From assembly GCA_045630285.1 (NCBI GenBank), contig JAZQSX010000062.1, positions 29,176 through 93,175 of the forward strand: a stretch of DNA of 64,000 bases, written 5' to 3'. Below are positions 29,002 through 37,169 of this stretch, in pieces. Origin of the DNA: Acutalibacteraceae bacterium. GTDB taxonomy: Bacteria; Bacillota; Clostridia; Oscillospirales; Acutalibacteraceae. The notes below the pieces were generated by a model. It worked only from the letters and a program-made list of their open reading frames with translations, did not search any database and had not been told where the DNA came from. Position numbers and translations under genes: made by a program. The stretch's first letter is position 1. Every line of letters begins with the position of its first letter.

Positions 29002-30009
29002 ATGAAATCGTATATGCTGCTGTGTGGATTGTGCTACGTGCTGCTCCTGGTGGTCGCATTGCCGTCGTTGAAAATTCCGTCAACCATGGCGGACAAGCCC
29101 GCTGAAGCACCCCCCTCAACAACCACACCGCAGTCACCGACCAACACCCCCACCGATAATAAAGTCACCGCCCCGGAGAAAGACGTGGCGGTGTTCCACG
29201 TGTTGGACGCCGGTACGGACGTTGTTTACACGTTCACCGAGCGGGACTTTTTGATTTACACCGTAGCGGCCGAGCTGCCCGCATCCTACCCGCCGGAAGC
29301 ACTGAAAGCGCAAGCGGTAGCGGCATATACCTATTATACCTACCAAAAAAATCGCCACGCCGCCGGTGTGGACGGTGCTGACTTTTCCGACGTACCGGGA
29401 GATTTTCCAAAATCGTACACCGCCGATTTTCTGCAATCGTTATGGGGCGATCAGTATGAGATGTATCTGCAAAAAATTGCCGACGCCGTCGATGCGGTGG
29501 CGGGCGAGATGATACTATACGACGGAAAGCCGATTTTCGCCGCCTATCACAGCTGCAACAGCGGTCTGACCGAAACCTCCAAGACGGTGTGGGGCGTGGA
29601 GTATCCGTATCTGCAATCCGTAACGAGCAGCGGTGATCTTCTGTCGCCGAAATACACCTCCACCGTAACCGTTTCGGACAAGGAATTTGCGGCGGCGTTT
29701 TCGGGACTGAAGCTGACGGGAAACGCCGACACGTGGATCGGCGGCAAACCCTCTGTCTCGGCGGCGGGAACGGTGACCGCCATCACGATCGGCGGCAAGC
29801 AATTCACCGGACGGGAGGTGCGCTCAGCACTAGGCTTGCGTTCGGCGTGCTTTACGGTAAAGCACGGTGCGGACGGCTTCACCTTCACGGTGACCGGCTA
29901 CGGACATGGCGTGGGAATGAGTCAGTACGGTGCCAAAGAACTGGCCGATCGCGGGTTCACTTATGAAGAAATTTTAAAGCATTACTACACCGGCGTGTCC
30001 GTTCAATAA
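29002..30009 (+). CDS. spoIID: stage II sporulation protein D (SpoIID/LytB lytic transglycosylase)
   Basis: ATG at 29002 follows AAGGAGG. N-terminal TM. AAYHSCNSGLTE and GHGVGMSQYGA motifs. Confidence 0.85.
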   Translation: MKSYMLLCGLCYVLLLVVALPSLKIPSTMADKPAEAPPSTTTPQSPTNTPTDNKVTAPEKDVAVFHVLDAGTDVVYTFTERDFLIYTVAAELPASYPPEALKAQAVAAYTYYTYQKNRHAAGVDGADFSDVPGDFPKSYTADFLQSLWGDQYEMYLQKIADAVDAVAGEMILYDGKPIFAAYHSCNSGLTETSKTVWGVEYPYLQSVTSSGDLLSPKYTSTVTVSDKEFAAAFSGLKLTGNADTWIGGKPSVSAAGTVTAITIGGKQFTGREVRSALGLRSACFTVKHGADGFTFTVTGYGHGVGMSQYGAKELADRGFTYEEILKHYYTGVSVQ

Positions 30010-30084
30010 AAAAGGGGAAAACGATTGCTTTCTCCTGATGTATACGCTATACTGGTGTCAGTAAGACGTAACGGAGGGTGTCGT

Positions 30085-32232
30085 ATGCTTCAGGCAAACT
30101 GGATCCGCGCCCCATGGGACATGGGGTTTTCCGCTCCGCTGTTTCGCAAGACCTTTTCGGTAGACAAAACGATCGTTTCCGCTACTCTGCGTGCCTCGGC
30201 ACGTGGCGTTTATGAGGCGTTCCTCGGCGGCAAGCGCATCGGCGAACAGGTGCTGATGCCGGGTTGGACGGTGTTTGAAAAACGCATTTTGATACAGGAA
30301 TATGACGTCACAGACCTGATCAGCGAGCAAAACACGCTGGAACTGCGCCTGGCCACCGGTTGGTACACCGGCTTGATCTCCTCCGAGGAGATCGCTTGGC
30401 GGCAGTTGCCGGAGGAAGCGAAAAGCCGCTCTGCTGCTATCATTGCCGAGCTGACGCTCTGCTTTGCCGACGGCAGCTGTGTCGTCATCGGCACCGACGA
30501 CAGCTGGCTCGTTGCCGAAAGTGAGCTTTCCTACTGCGATCTGTACAACGGTCTTGTGTACGACGCTACCGTGATACCGACTTTCTCCAAACACGCCGTT
30601 ATCAGCGAAAACAACGATCTGTCCGTGCTGACATCGGGTGTCGGCGAGCCGATCCTGCCGCACGAGCGGATCAAGCCGATCGCCATGATCCATACGCCAA
30701 ACGGCGAAACGGTGCTGGATTTCGGGCAAAACCTCACCGGTACGGTGGCGCTGTCGTTGACGGCACACGCCGGCGACAAGGTGGCGTTGTCTTTTGCCGA
30801 GGTGTTGGACGGCGAGGGTAATTTCTACAACGCCAATTACCGCACCGCCAAATGTCTGTACGAATACACCTGCCGCGAGGGAGCACAGGAGTTTTTCCCG
30901 ACACTGACCTTCTACGGCTTCCGTTACGTCCGTGTTGACACCTTCCCCGGCGAGGTCGATCCCGCTGCATTTTCAGCGGTGGTTATCCACAGCCGTCTGC
31001 GCCGCACAGGCTACCTCGAAACCTCTGAGCCCTTGCTGAATCAATTGTTCGAAAACATTATCTGGGGACAGCGGGGCAATTACCTCGACGTTCCTACCGA
31101 TTGCCCGCAGCGTGACGAGCGTCTGGGCTGGACGGGCGACGCCGAAGTGTTCATCGGGGCGGCGTGCTACAATTTTGATGTGCGGGAGTTCTTCCGTAAA
31201 TGGCTGATGGATATGCGGGATTCCCAGAACCCGAACGGCTCGATTCCCGTGGTCATCCCGAACGTCGCCAACGAAGCCGCCGCTGCGTGGAGTGACGCCG
31301 TCACGATCATTCCGTGGCATCTCTATCAGTTCTACGGCGACAAATCGTTCCTTGAGCTGATGTTCCCCGCTATGAAGCGCTGGGTGGACTACGTCACAAA
31401 TACGACCCCGTCCTATCCCCTGTGGACCGACCACTTCCAATACGGTGACTGGCTGGGTCTGGACGCTCCTTACGGTGAATACCGTGGCGCCAGCCGCGAG
31501 GACGTAGTCTCCACCGCTTTTTACGCCCATTCGACCGAGCTTGTCTGCAAAACGGGTGCTCTGCTCGGCGAGGATGTTTCTCGTTATGAACAGCTGCTCT
31601 CTGAGATCAAAGCCGGCTTCAAAGCTGCCTACGACGGCGATTTCCGCACCCAGACTGAGCACGTGCTGGCTCTGCGTTTTGAACTGACCGACGATCCCGT
31701 CGGGACGGCCGAATCACTGGCGGCACTGGTTGAAAAGGACGGCGTGCAGCTCAAAACGGGCTTTGTTGGCACGCCGCACATTCTGCACGTGCTCACGCAG
31801 TTTGGGTATACCGATCTCGCTTATCAGCTGTTGCTTCGCCGTGAGTTCCCGTCGTGGCTGTACCCCGTCACGCTCGGAGCGACCACCATGTGGGAGCATT
31901 GGGATAACGTTCGTCCCGACGGCACGATGTGGTCCACCGATATGAACTCCTTTAACCACTACGCCTACGGCGCTGTGGCGGACTGGATGTACGGCGTTGC
32001 CGCCGGTATTCAGCCTGCAAAGATTGGTTTTGAAGAGGTGCGGTTCTGCCCGCATCCCACCGACCGTTTGGATCACTTTGCCGCGTCGCTGGAGACTGAC
32101 CATGGCACCGTTTCCTCGCGCTGGTGGCACGAGGGGGACGTTGTTAAGTACGAATTTACTACCCCGTGTGAAGCCACGGCGGTGATCGGCGACACCGTCT
32201 ATTCCTTGCAACCCGGCACGCATCGCTTCTAA
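30085..32232 (+). CDS. alpha-L-rhamnosidase (GH78)
   Basis: DVPTDCPQRDERLGWTGDA motif and (alpha/alpha)6 region. Start placed at MLQANWI (GGAGGG RBS). The track ORF begins at 30025. Confidence 0.85.
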   Translation: MLQANWIRAPWDMGFSAPLFRKTFSVDKTIVSATLRASARGVYEAFLGGKRIGEQVLMPGWTVFEKRILIQEYDVTDLISEQNTLELRLATGWYTGLISSEEIAWRQLPEEAKSRSAAIIAELTLCFADGSCVVIGTDDSWLVAESELSYCDLYNGLVYDATVIPTFSKHAVISENNDLSVLTSGVGEPILPHERIKPIAMIHTPNGETVLDFGQNLTGTVALSLTAHAGDKVALSFAEVLDGEGNFYNANYRTAKCLYEYTCREGAQEFFPTLTFYGFRYVRVDTFPGEVDPAAFSAVVIHSRLRRTGYLETSEPLLNQLFENIIWGQRGNYLDVPTDCPQRDERLGWTGDAEVFIGAACYNFDVREFFRKWLMDMRDSQNPNGSIPVVIPNVANEAAAAWSDAVTIIPWHLYQFYGDKSFLELMFPAMKRWVDYVTNTTPSYPLWTDHFQYGDWLGLDAPYGEYRGASREDVVSTAFYAHSTELVCKTGALLGEDVSRYEQLLSEIKAGFKAAYDGDFRTQTEHVLALRFELTDDPVGTAESLAALVEKDGVQLKTGFVGTPHILHVLTQFGYTDLAYQLLLRREFPSWLYPVTLGATTMWEHWDNVRPDGTMWSTDMNSFNHYAYGAVADWMYGVAAGIQPAKIGFEEVRFCPHPTDRLDHFAASLETDHGTVSSRWWHEGDVVKYEFTTPCEATAVIGDTVYSLQPGTHRF

Positions 32233-32252
32233 ATACAACAAAAAAGCAAAGG

Positions 32253-32291
32253 ATCTGCGCCCCAAAAGTTAAATACTTTTGGGGCGCAGAT
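32253..32291 (-). terminator. 17-bp perfect hairpin terminator (T-run only on the minus strand)
   Basis: ATCTGCGCCCCAAAAGT-taaat-ACTTTTGGGGCGCAGAT. The minus strand continues CCTTTGCTTTTTT. Confidence 0.8.
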
Positions 32292-32319
32292 TAGTAAATA
32301 CAGGTACGTTTTTATACTT

Positions 32320-33069
32320 TTAATTTTCATCGCCTACGCATATCCAGTTACATCGGCCCTTTAACGCTTCAGGGCAGCTCATGCCGCTGATAACATAATC
32401 GGTCTCTTCAATGGTTGCGACGGGGAAGGTTGCGGTTTTTCCGTATTTGGAACTATCCAATAACAGTACTTTTTTGCGGGCGCAACGAAGCATTTCCCGA
32501 CGCAGGTACGTCTCCTCCTCCGAATAATCGGTAATCTCTCCCTGTTCATTTAGACAAGAGACAGAATAAAAAAGAATGTCCGCGCGAAGCGCCGCTATAT
32601 ATTGCTCTGCCGCCCGCCCTACAAAACACATAGAATCGGTGAGCAGATCACCGCCGGTGCATTTGGCAGGCACCTTTAATTCCTGCATCAGGCTCAGAGC
32701 CGCCAGTCCGTTTGAAATCACCGTTACCTTACGCCCTTGAAGCAAAGGAATTAGATTGAGGGCGGTTGTGGAAGCGTCAACAAAAAGCACAGCACCTTCA
32801 GGAATCAGCTCGACCGCTTTTTGGGCGATCGCCCGTTTTTCCGGTTGCATAGAGTTCTTACGAAAACCGAGAGGGCGGAACAACTCGTCCTCCACCAACA
32901 TAGCCCCTCCATGACTACGCCGAATCAATCCTTCGCGTTCCAAGACCGTAAGATCCCGTCGGATGGTTGGCTCACTGGCGAACAGGACAGAACAGAGCTC
33001 ACGCACGCTGGCAAATTTCCGTTTTTTTAATAGTTCGATGATTGTTTCCTTACGCTCTTCCTTGAACAT
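32320..33069 (-). CDS. DeoR-family transcriptional repressor
   Basis: HTH region KETIIELLKKRKFASVRELCSVLFASEPTIRRDL plus a DeoR C-terminal sugar-phosphate sensor. Start chosen at MFKEERKE. The ORF is open to 33141, so the start is uncertain. Confidence 0.85.
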   Translation of the reverse strand: MFKEERKETIIELLKKRKFASVRELCSVLFASEPTIRRDLTVLEREGLIRRSHGGAMLVEDELFRPLGFRKNSMQPEKRAIAQKAVELIPEGAVLFVDASTTALNLIPLLQGRKVTVISNGLAALSLMQELKVPAKCTGGDLLTDSMCFVGRAAEQYIAALRADILFYSVSCLNEQGEITDYSEEETYLRREMLRCARKKVLLLDSSKYGKTATFPVATIEETDYVISGMSCPEALKGRCNWICVGDEN

Positions 33070-33192
33070 AAACGCCTTCACCTTTGATTGAATTTGATCG
33101 ATAATCGTTTTTGCCGCCATATATTGACTGAAAACGATCACAGTGCTATTCTAAAACCAAAGTGATTCTTTGTCAATGGGAGGAAAACGAAG

Positions 33193-33915
33193 ATGAGTAA
33201 GATCAAGGTGGTCGCATTCGATCTTGATGGCACACTTACGCAGCACAAATCCAAGCTTTCCGAGGAGACCCGAAAGATGCTGGATTGCTTAGGAGCACGT
33301 TACAAACTGATTATGGTGGGCGCAGGAGTCTGCAATCGCATCTTTGAGCAAATGAACCGTTATCCCATTGATATTATAGGAAATTACGGAATGCAGTATG
33401 CCGTATATGATCACGAGACAGCTTCCTTGCGTTTTATCCGCGATGAAAAATATGCTTGTGATCGGGAACGTGTGGCGAAAACCGTCGCTGAGCTGAGAAA
33501 AAAATACGGCTGGCTCGAATTCAAAGGCGAGGGTGTGGAATTTCATGCGTCGGGCGCGGTAACTATTCCCATCTTAGGCACCGATACCGATCTGTCTGAC
33601 AAACTGGTATACGATCCGGACCGTAAGAAAAGGCGAGCCATCTACGAGGAGGTTTGCGCGACGTTCCCTGAATATAATGTTTTTGTGGGCGGCTCTTCGT
33701 CTTTTGATATGGTACCAAAACCCTTTAACAAGTTCTATGCTTTGGAGCTTTTTGCAAAAGAGTACGGATTTTCCTATGATGAAATTGCGTATGTCGGAGA
33801 TGATTACGGTCCCGGTGGCAATGATGAATCTGTTTATCAATCGGATATCCCGTTTTTCTGTGTCGATAATTACCGTGAAGTCGCAAACGTGCTGAAGCCC
33901 CTTCTCAACGGTTGA
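33193..33915 (+). CDS. HAD-superfamily (Cof/IIB-like) phosphatase
   Basis: 240 aa. Motif I FDLDGTL and motif IV GDDYGPGGND. Confidence 0.8.
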   Translation: MSKIKVVAFDLDGTLTQHKSKLSEETRKMLDCLGARYKLIMVGAGVCNRIFEQMNRYPIDIIGNYGMQYAVYDHETASLRFIRDEKYACDRERVAKTVAELRKKYGWLEFKGEGVEFHASGAVTIPILGTDTDLSDKLVYDPDRKKRRAIYEEVCATFPEYNVFVGGSSSFDMVPKPFNKFYALELFAKEYGFSYDEIAYVGDDYGPGGNDESVYQSDIPFFCVDNYREVANVLKPLLNG

Positions 33916-33957
33916 TACACCCGTATCACACCGACACCTGTGAACCTATCCCGATAC

Positions 33958-33997
33958 AAAAAAGGAGAAGACTTGTACAAGTCTTCTCCTTTTTTTT
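33958..33997. terminator. bidirectional rho-independent terminator
   Basis: Perfect 14-bp stem AAGGAGAAGACTTG/CAAGTCTTCTCCTT flanked by A6 and T8. Confidence 0.85.
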
Positions 33998-34004
33998 GTC
34001 GTGT

Positions 34005-34580
34005 TTATTTAATGAGCGTGCCCATGGTGCCGGGACCGGCGCAGGCGGCGTTGGACTCATCGGTATCGATGTCCATGGCGAGCGCAAACTTCTCGCTGAC
34101 ACGAACGACCACGTCACCGAAGGTGAGCGCGCGACCGTCGGTCTCGACCTGTACGCTGACAACGTCCTTGTCCTTCACATCGTACTCAGCAGCATCGGCG
34201 GGGGTCATATGGATGTGGCGCTTGGCAGCGATAACGCCTTCCGCCAGCTCCACTTCACCGCAGGGGCCAACCAGCTTGCAAGCGCCCGAGCCGGCGATAT
34301 CACCCGACTCACGGATCGGTGCGGCAACACCGATAGAGCGTGCGTCGGTCAGCGAGATCTCAACCTGCGAAGCGGGGCGCGTGGGACCCAGAATGCTGAC
34401 GCCGGCAAGCGTCTTCTTGGGGCCAACAACGTCAACGCGCTCGGTGCAGGCGAACTGACCGGGCTGAGAAAGATCCTTCTTGCTGGTCAACTCATACCCC
34501 TTGCCGAACAGAATGTCCAGATCCTCACGGCTCAGATGAACGTGACGGGCGGAGGTTTCCACCATAATTTGTTTTGCCAT
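34005..34580 (-). CDS. pduL: phosphate propanoyl/acetyl-transferase PduL
   Basis: 191 aa. Two PduL repeats with SARHVHLS and AAKRHIHM histidine motifs. Confidence 0.88.
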   Translation of the reverse strand: MAKQIMVETSARHVHLSREDLDILFGKGYELTSKKDLSQPGQFACTERVDVVGPKKTLAGVSILGPTRPASQVEISLTDARSIGVAAPIRESGDIAGSGACKLVGPCGEVELAEGVIAAKRHIHMTPADAAEYDVKDKDVVSVQVETDGRALTFGDVVVRVSEKFALAMDIDTDESNAACAGPGTMGTLIK

Positions 34581-34682
34581 ACTACAAACACCTCTTTGGT
34601 TTTATTGTCATCTAAGAGAGTATCACTTTTGGCGAGATTTGTCAAGGAAAAGGAACCCCCCGACACAATGTGTCGTGCGTTT

Positions 34683-34757
34683 TGGCACCCCCAACAGGAA
34701 TCGAACCTGTAACGGCCCCTTAGGAGGGGGCTGTTATATCCATTTAACTATGGGGGC
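34683..34757 (-). tRNA. tRNA-Arg (anticodon CCU), CCA encoded
   Basis: Hand-folded cloverleaf: acceptor GCCCCCA/TGGGGGT, D-stem GTTA/TAAC, anticodon stem GCCCC/GGGGC with loop CUCCUAA, 4-nt variable loop, T-arm ACAGG-TTCGATT-CCTGT, discriminator G plus CCA. Confidence 0.9.
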
Positions 34758-34856
34758 ATATTGGGTTTGCTGACTTAGGGGGGCTGTTCATGCGAGCGTC
34801 GCTCGCATCAAGGTTCCGGGGTACCCGCTCGAAATCTTTGATTTCGTCAGCGGGTC

Positions 34857-34886
34857 GGGCTGTTATATCCATTTAACTATGGGGGC
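34857..34886 (-). pseudogene. duplicated 5' portion (nt 1-30) of tRNA-Arg(CCU), no 3' half
   Basis: Exact 30-nt copy of GCCCCCATAGTTAAATGGATATAACAGCCC. No T-arm or acceptor 3' strand follows. The upstream leader (34887-34922) is also an imperfect copy of 34758-34794. Confidence 0.8.
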
Positions 34887-34927
34887 GTATGGGGACAGCC
34901 AACTTAGGGGGCTGTTCATGCGTTCCT

Positions 34928-34956
34928 ATTATATAGCACGACTGGCAGGTTGTCAA
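34928..34956 (-). promoter_or_regulatory. perfect consensus sigma-A promoter TTGACA-17-TATAAT driving the tRNA locus
   Basis: Minus strand: TTGACA (34956-34951), 17-nt spacer, TATAAT (34933-34928). Confidence 0.8.
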
Positions 34957-35066
34957 TCACAGCGGCAAATACTTCCTGTGTCTTTTTTCGACAAATGGTT
35001 GTTTTTTTCATCATAAGAGTGTATACTGGATGCATGGTATTTTTTCAGGAAATGAGGAATCCTTGC

Positions 35067-36167
35067 ATGAACCGATTTGTCTGCATATTACTGATTGCAG
35101 TTTTGCTGGTCGCATCGCTCGGCGGTTGCGCCGCATCGACCGAGTCGTCGTCCAAGCCGACCGATCCGACAACGTCCGCTTCTTCCACGACGACCTCGAC
35201 AACCACCTCGACGACCACGCCGTCTGCGCCGGTGGAGCCTCCGAAGGATCTGCATTTTAACCCGCTGACAGGCGTGAGTGATCTGGAGAGCAAAAATAAC
35301 CGTCCGGTAGCGGTCATGGTAGCAAATGACAGCACCACCCGTGGTAATCAGGCAGGAATTGATAAAGCGGATTTTTATTTGGAGTGCGAAACCGAAGGCT
35401 CGATTCCCCGATTGCTGGCCGTGTTTGCCAGCGTTGACCGTGTGCCGAATAAAATCGGGCCGGTGCGCAGCGCACGCACACCGTTTATCAATATGGCACG
35501 CACCCTCGGCGCAATTTACGTCCACTGGGGATACAGTCAGCCGGCCAAAAAACTGCTGAACACCGGTGTGATCAACAACATCAACGCTTTGGCAACCAAA
35601 GACGTGTTTTGGCGTGACGAGGCACTGTGGGCGGCCATGAACAAAGAACACAGCGGCGCTACCAGCGGCAGCAATCTGTCGGCGTATATTGCCAAGAAAA
35701 ACTTTTCCACAACGCTATCCAAGGAGCTGCCGTTTGCATTCGGCAAAAAAGCCGGTGACATCACGGCCAACACCGTGCAGATCAAAAACACGGCCAGCAA
35801 CGTCTCTTCCTTTATCTATGACACCTCAACCGGTTTGTATACCAAGCAATACGGAAAAGTAACCGGCGGAACCACACATAAGACCATTGACGGCACACCC
35901 ATTCAGGTGTCAAACGTGCTGGTTCTGTATGCGGAAAAATACGCTGAGGACTCCAACGGCAAAAACACGTGGTACAACTTCCGCAACGGCTCCGGTAAAG
36001 GGTATATCATCTCCGGCGGCACCGCACGAGAGATCAACTATACCCGCACCGATACCACGCTGACCTTAACTGAAGCTGACGGAAAAACGCAGGTCGTGTT
36101 CGCTGAAGGTAAGACCTATATGTTCTTATCCGACAAATCACTGAGCGACGACATTTCGTTTTCATAA
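35067..36167 (+). CDS. DUF3048-like secreted lipoprotein
   Basis: ATG 35067 follows a GAGGA RBS. Signal peptide with lipobox LGGC, then an S/T-rich linker. YerB/DUF3048-like body (FYLECETEGSIPRLLAVF). Confidence 0.75.
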   Translation: MNRFVCILLIAVLLVASLGGCAASTESSSKPTDPTTSASSTTTSTTTSTTTPSAPVEPPKDLHFNPLTGVSDLESKNNRPVAVMVANDSTTRGNQAGIDKADFYLECETEGSIPRLLAVFASVDRVPNKIGPVRSARTPFINMARTLGAIYVHWGYSQPAKKLLNTGVINNINALATKDVFWRDEALWAAMNKEHSGATSGSNLSAYIAKKNFSTTLSKELPFAFGKKAGDITANTVQIKNTASNVSSFIYDTSTGLYTKQYGKVTGGTTHKTIDGTPIQVSNVLVLYAEKYAEDSNGKNTWYNFRNGSGKGYIISGGTAREINYTRTDTTLTLTEADGKTQVVFAEGKTYMFLSDKSLSDDISFS

Positions 36168-36170
36168 ATA

Positions 36171-36210
36171 AAAAAGCGCCCCTGCCGCAAAGCGGTAGGG
36201 GCGCCTTTTT
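36171..36210. terminator. bidirectional rho-independent terminator
   Basis: GCGCCCCTGCCGC/GCGGTAGGGGCGC stem flanked by A5 and T5. Confidence 0.8.
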
Positions 36211-36424
36211 ATGATTTTTGTTTTTCCTGCCGTTTCAGCGGCTCAATGCTGCCGTCGGGATTTTTCAGCGAAACGTTATCCAGCGTTCCGATCAGATCTG
36301 CCCGAATTTCCACAATATAGGCGGCACGAAGTGCTTGGCGCTCCTCTTGCTCAGCAGCTGTCAACTCCCGCTCACGGGAAATACGGGTCAGCTCACTGAT
36401 GCGCTCCAGTTGTTTCTTTTCCAT
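36209..36424 (-). CDS. DUF896/UPF0291 (YnzC-like) small protein
   Basis: 71 aa starting at MEKKQLERISELTR with AAGGAGA RBS. The longer track ORF has an Arg-rich, non-coding-looking N-terminus. Confidence 0.75.
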   Translation of the reverse strand: MEKKQLERISELTRISRERELTAAEQEERQALRAAYIVEIRADLIGTLDNVSLKNPDGSIEPLKRQEKQKS

Positions 36425-36434
36425 ACAGTTCTCC

Positions 36435-37169
36435 TTATCCGAGCGGTTCTTTGCTGATCTTCGCAGAAGCACGAGGGAACGTCGGCGGCGTGTTCTGCAC
36501 CTTGCGGAACACAAAAATGCGGCGTTCCTGCTGCTCCAAGCCCTCGTGCGGCGTGGCGGGAAGCCACAGCTTCCGCACCTCGGCGGTTTTTCCCCCTAAT
36601 TTTGAAAGTGCCCGTCCGGCGGCACGATGCTCTTCGTCACTATCGGGCCCTTTCATTGCCAAAAAGCAGCCGCCCGGCTTCACAAACGGCAGGCAATATT
36701 CTAAAAGCACAGGCAGTGCTGCCACTGCCCGAGCCGTTGCCACGTCAAACCGTTCCCGCAATTCAGGTTTTCTGCCACCCTCCTCGGCACGGGCGTGAAT
36801 GCGCTGCACCGTGATCCCCAGCTCGCTGCACACCGTCTCCAAAAACACCAGACGCTTGTTCAGACTGTCCAGCAGAGTCAATTGGATATCAGGACGCACG
36901 ATTGCCAGCGGGATGCCGGGAAAACCGGCGCCGGTGCCGACGTCAATGAGCGAGATCCCTTGCTTTTCGGGAAGCAGCGGAATCGCCGTCAGGCTGTCGG
37001 CAAAATGCTTCACGGTGATCCCGATAGGATCCGTGATCGCCGTCAGATTCATTTTTTGATTCCACTCCACCAGCAGTTCGGCATACCGATCCAATTTATC
37101 ACACGCTGCGGCATCGACCGTCACCCCATAGGCGGCGGTGAGCTCACACAATAACGCCTTGTCAATCAT
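36435..37169 (-). CDS. rsmG: 16S rRNA (guanine527-N7)-methyltransferase
   Basis: Start MIDKALL overlaps the mnmG stop (ATGA). SAM motif [14 protein letters not shown]. Confidence 0.93.
   Translation of the reverse strand: MIDKALLCELTAAYGVTVDAAACDKLDRYAELLVEWNQKMNLTAITDPIGITVKHFADSLTAIPLLPEKQGISLIDVGTGAGFPGIPLAIVRPDIQLTLLDSLNKRLVFLETVCSELGITVQRIHARAEEGGRKPELRERFDVATARAVAALPVLLEYCLPFVKPGGCFLAMKGPDSDEEHRAAGRALSKLGGKTAEVRKLWLPATPHEGLEQQERRIFVFRKVQNTPPTFPRASAKISKEPLG

Noticed and set aside
33912-34712. 266-aa plus-strand ORF
   Set aside because: It is antisense to pduL and runs through a strong terminator and the tRNA gene.
34683-34956. Integrated mobile element at the tRNA-Arg gene
   Set aside because: No integrase, excisionase or other phage/ICE genes are within reach. 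The duplicated segment is the tRNA 5' half plus leader, not the 3' end. The intervening unique DNA is only 62 nt.
35160-35235. Short tandem ACC/ACG/TCG repeats
   Set aside because: They encode the Ser/Thr-rich linker (SSTTTSTTTSTTTPS) after the lipoprotein signal peptide. This is a low-complexity coding region, not a repeat element.
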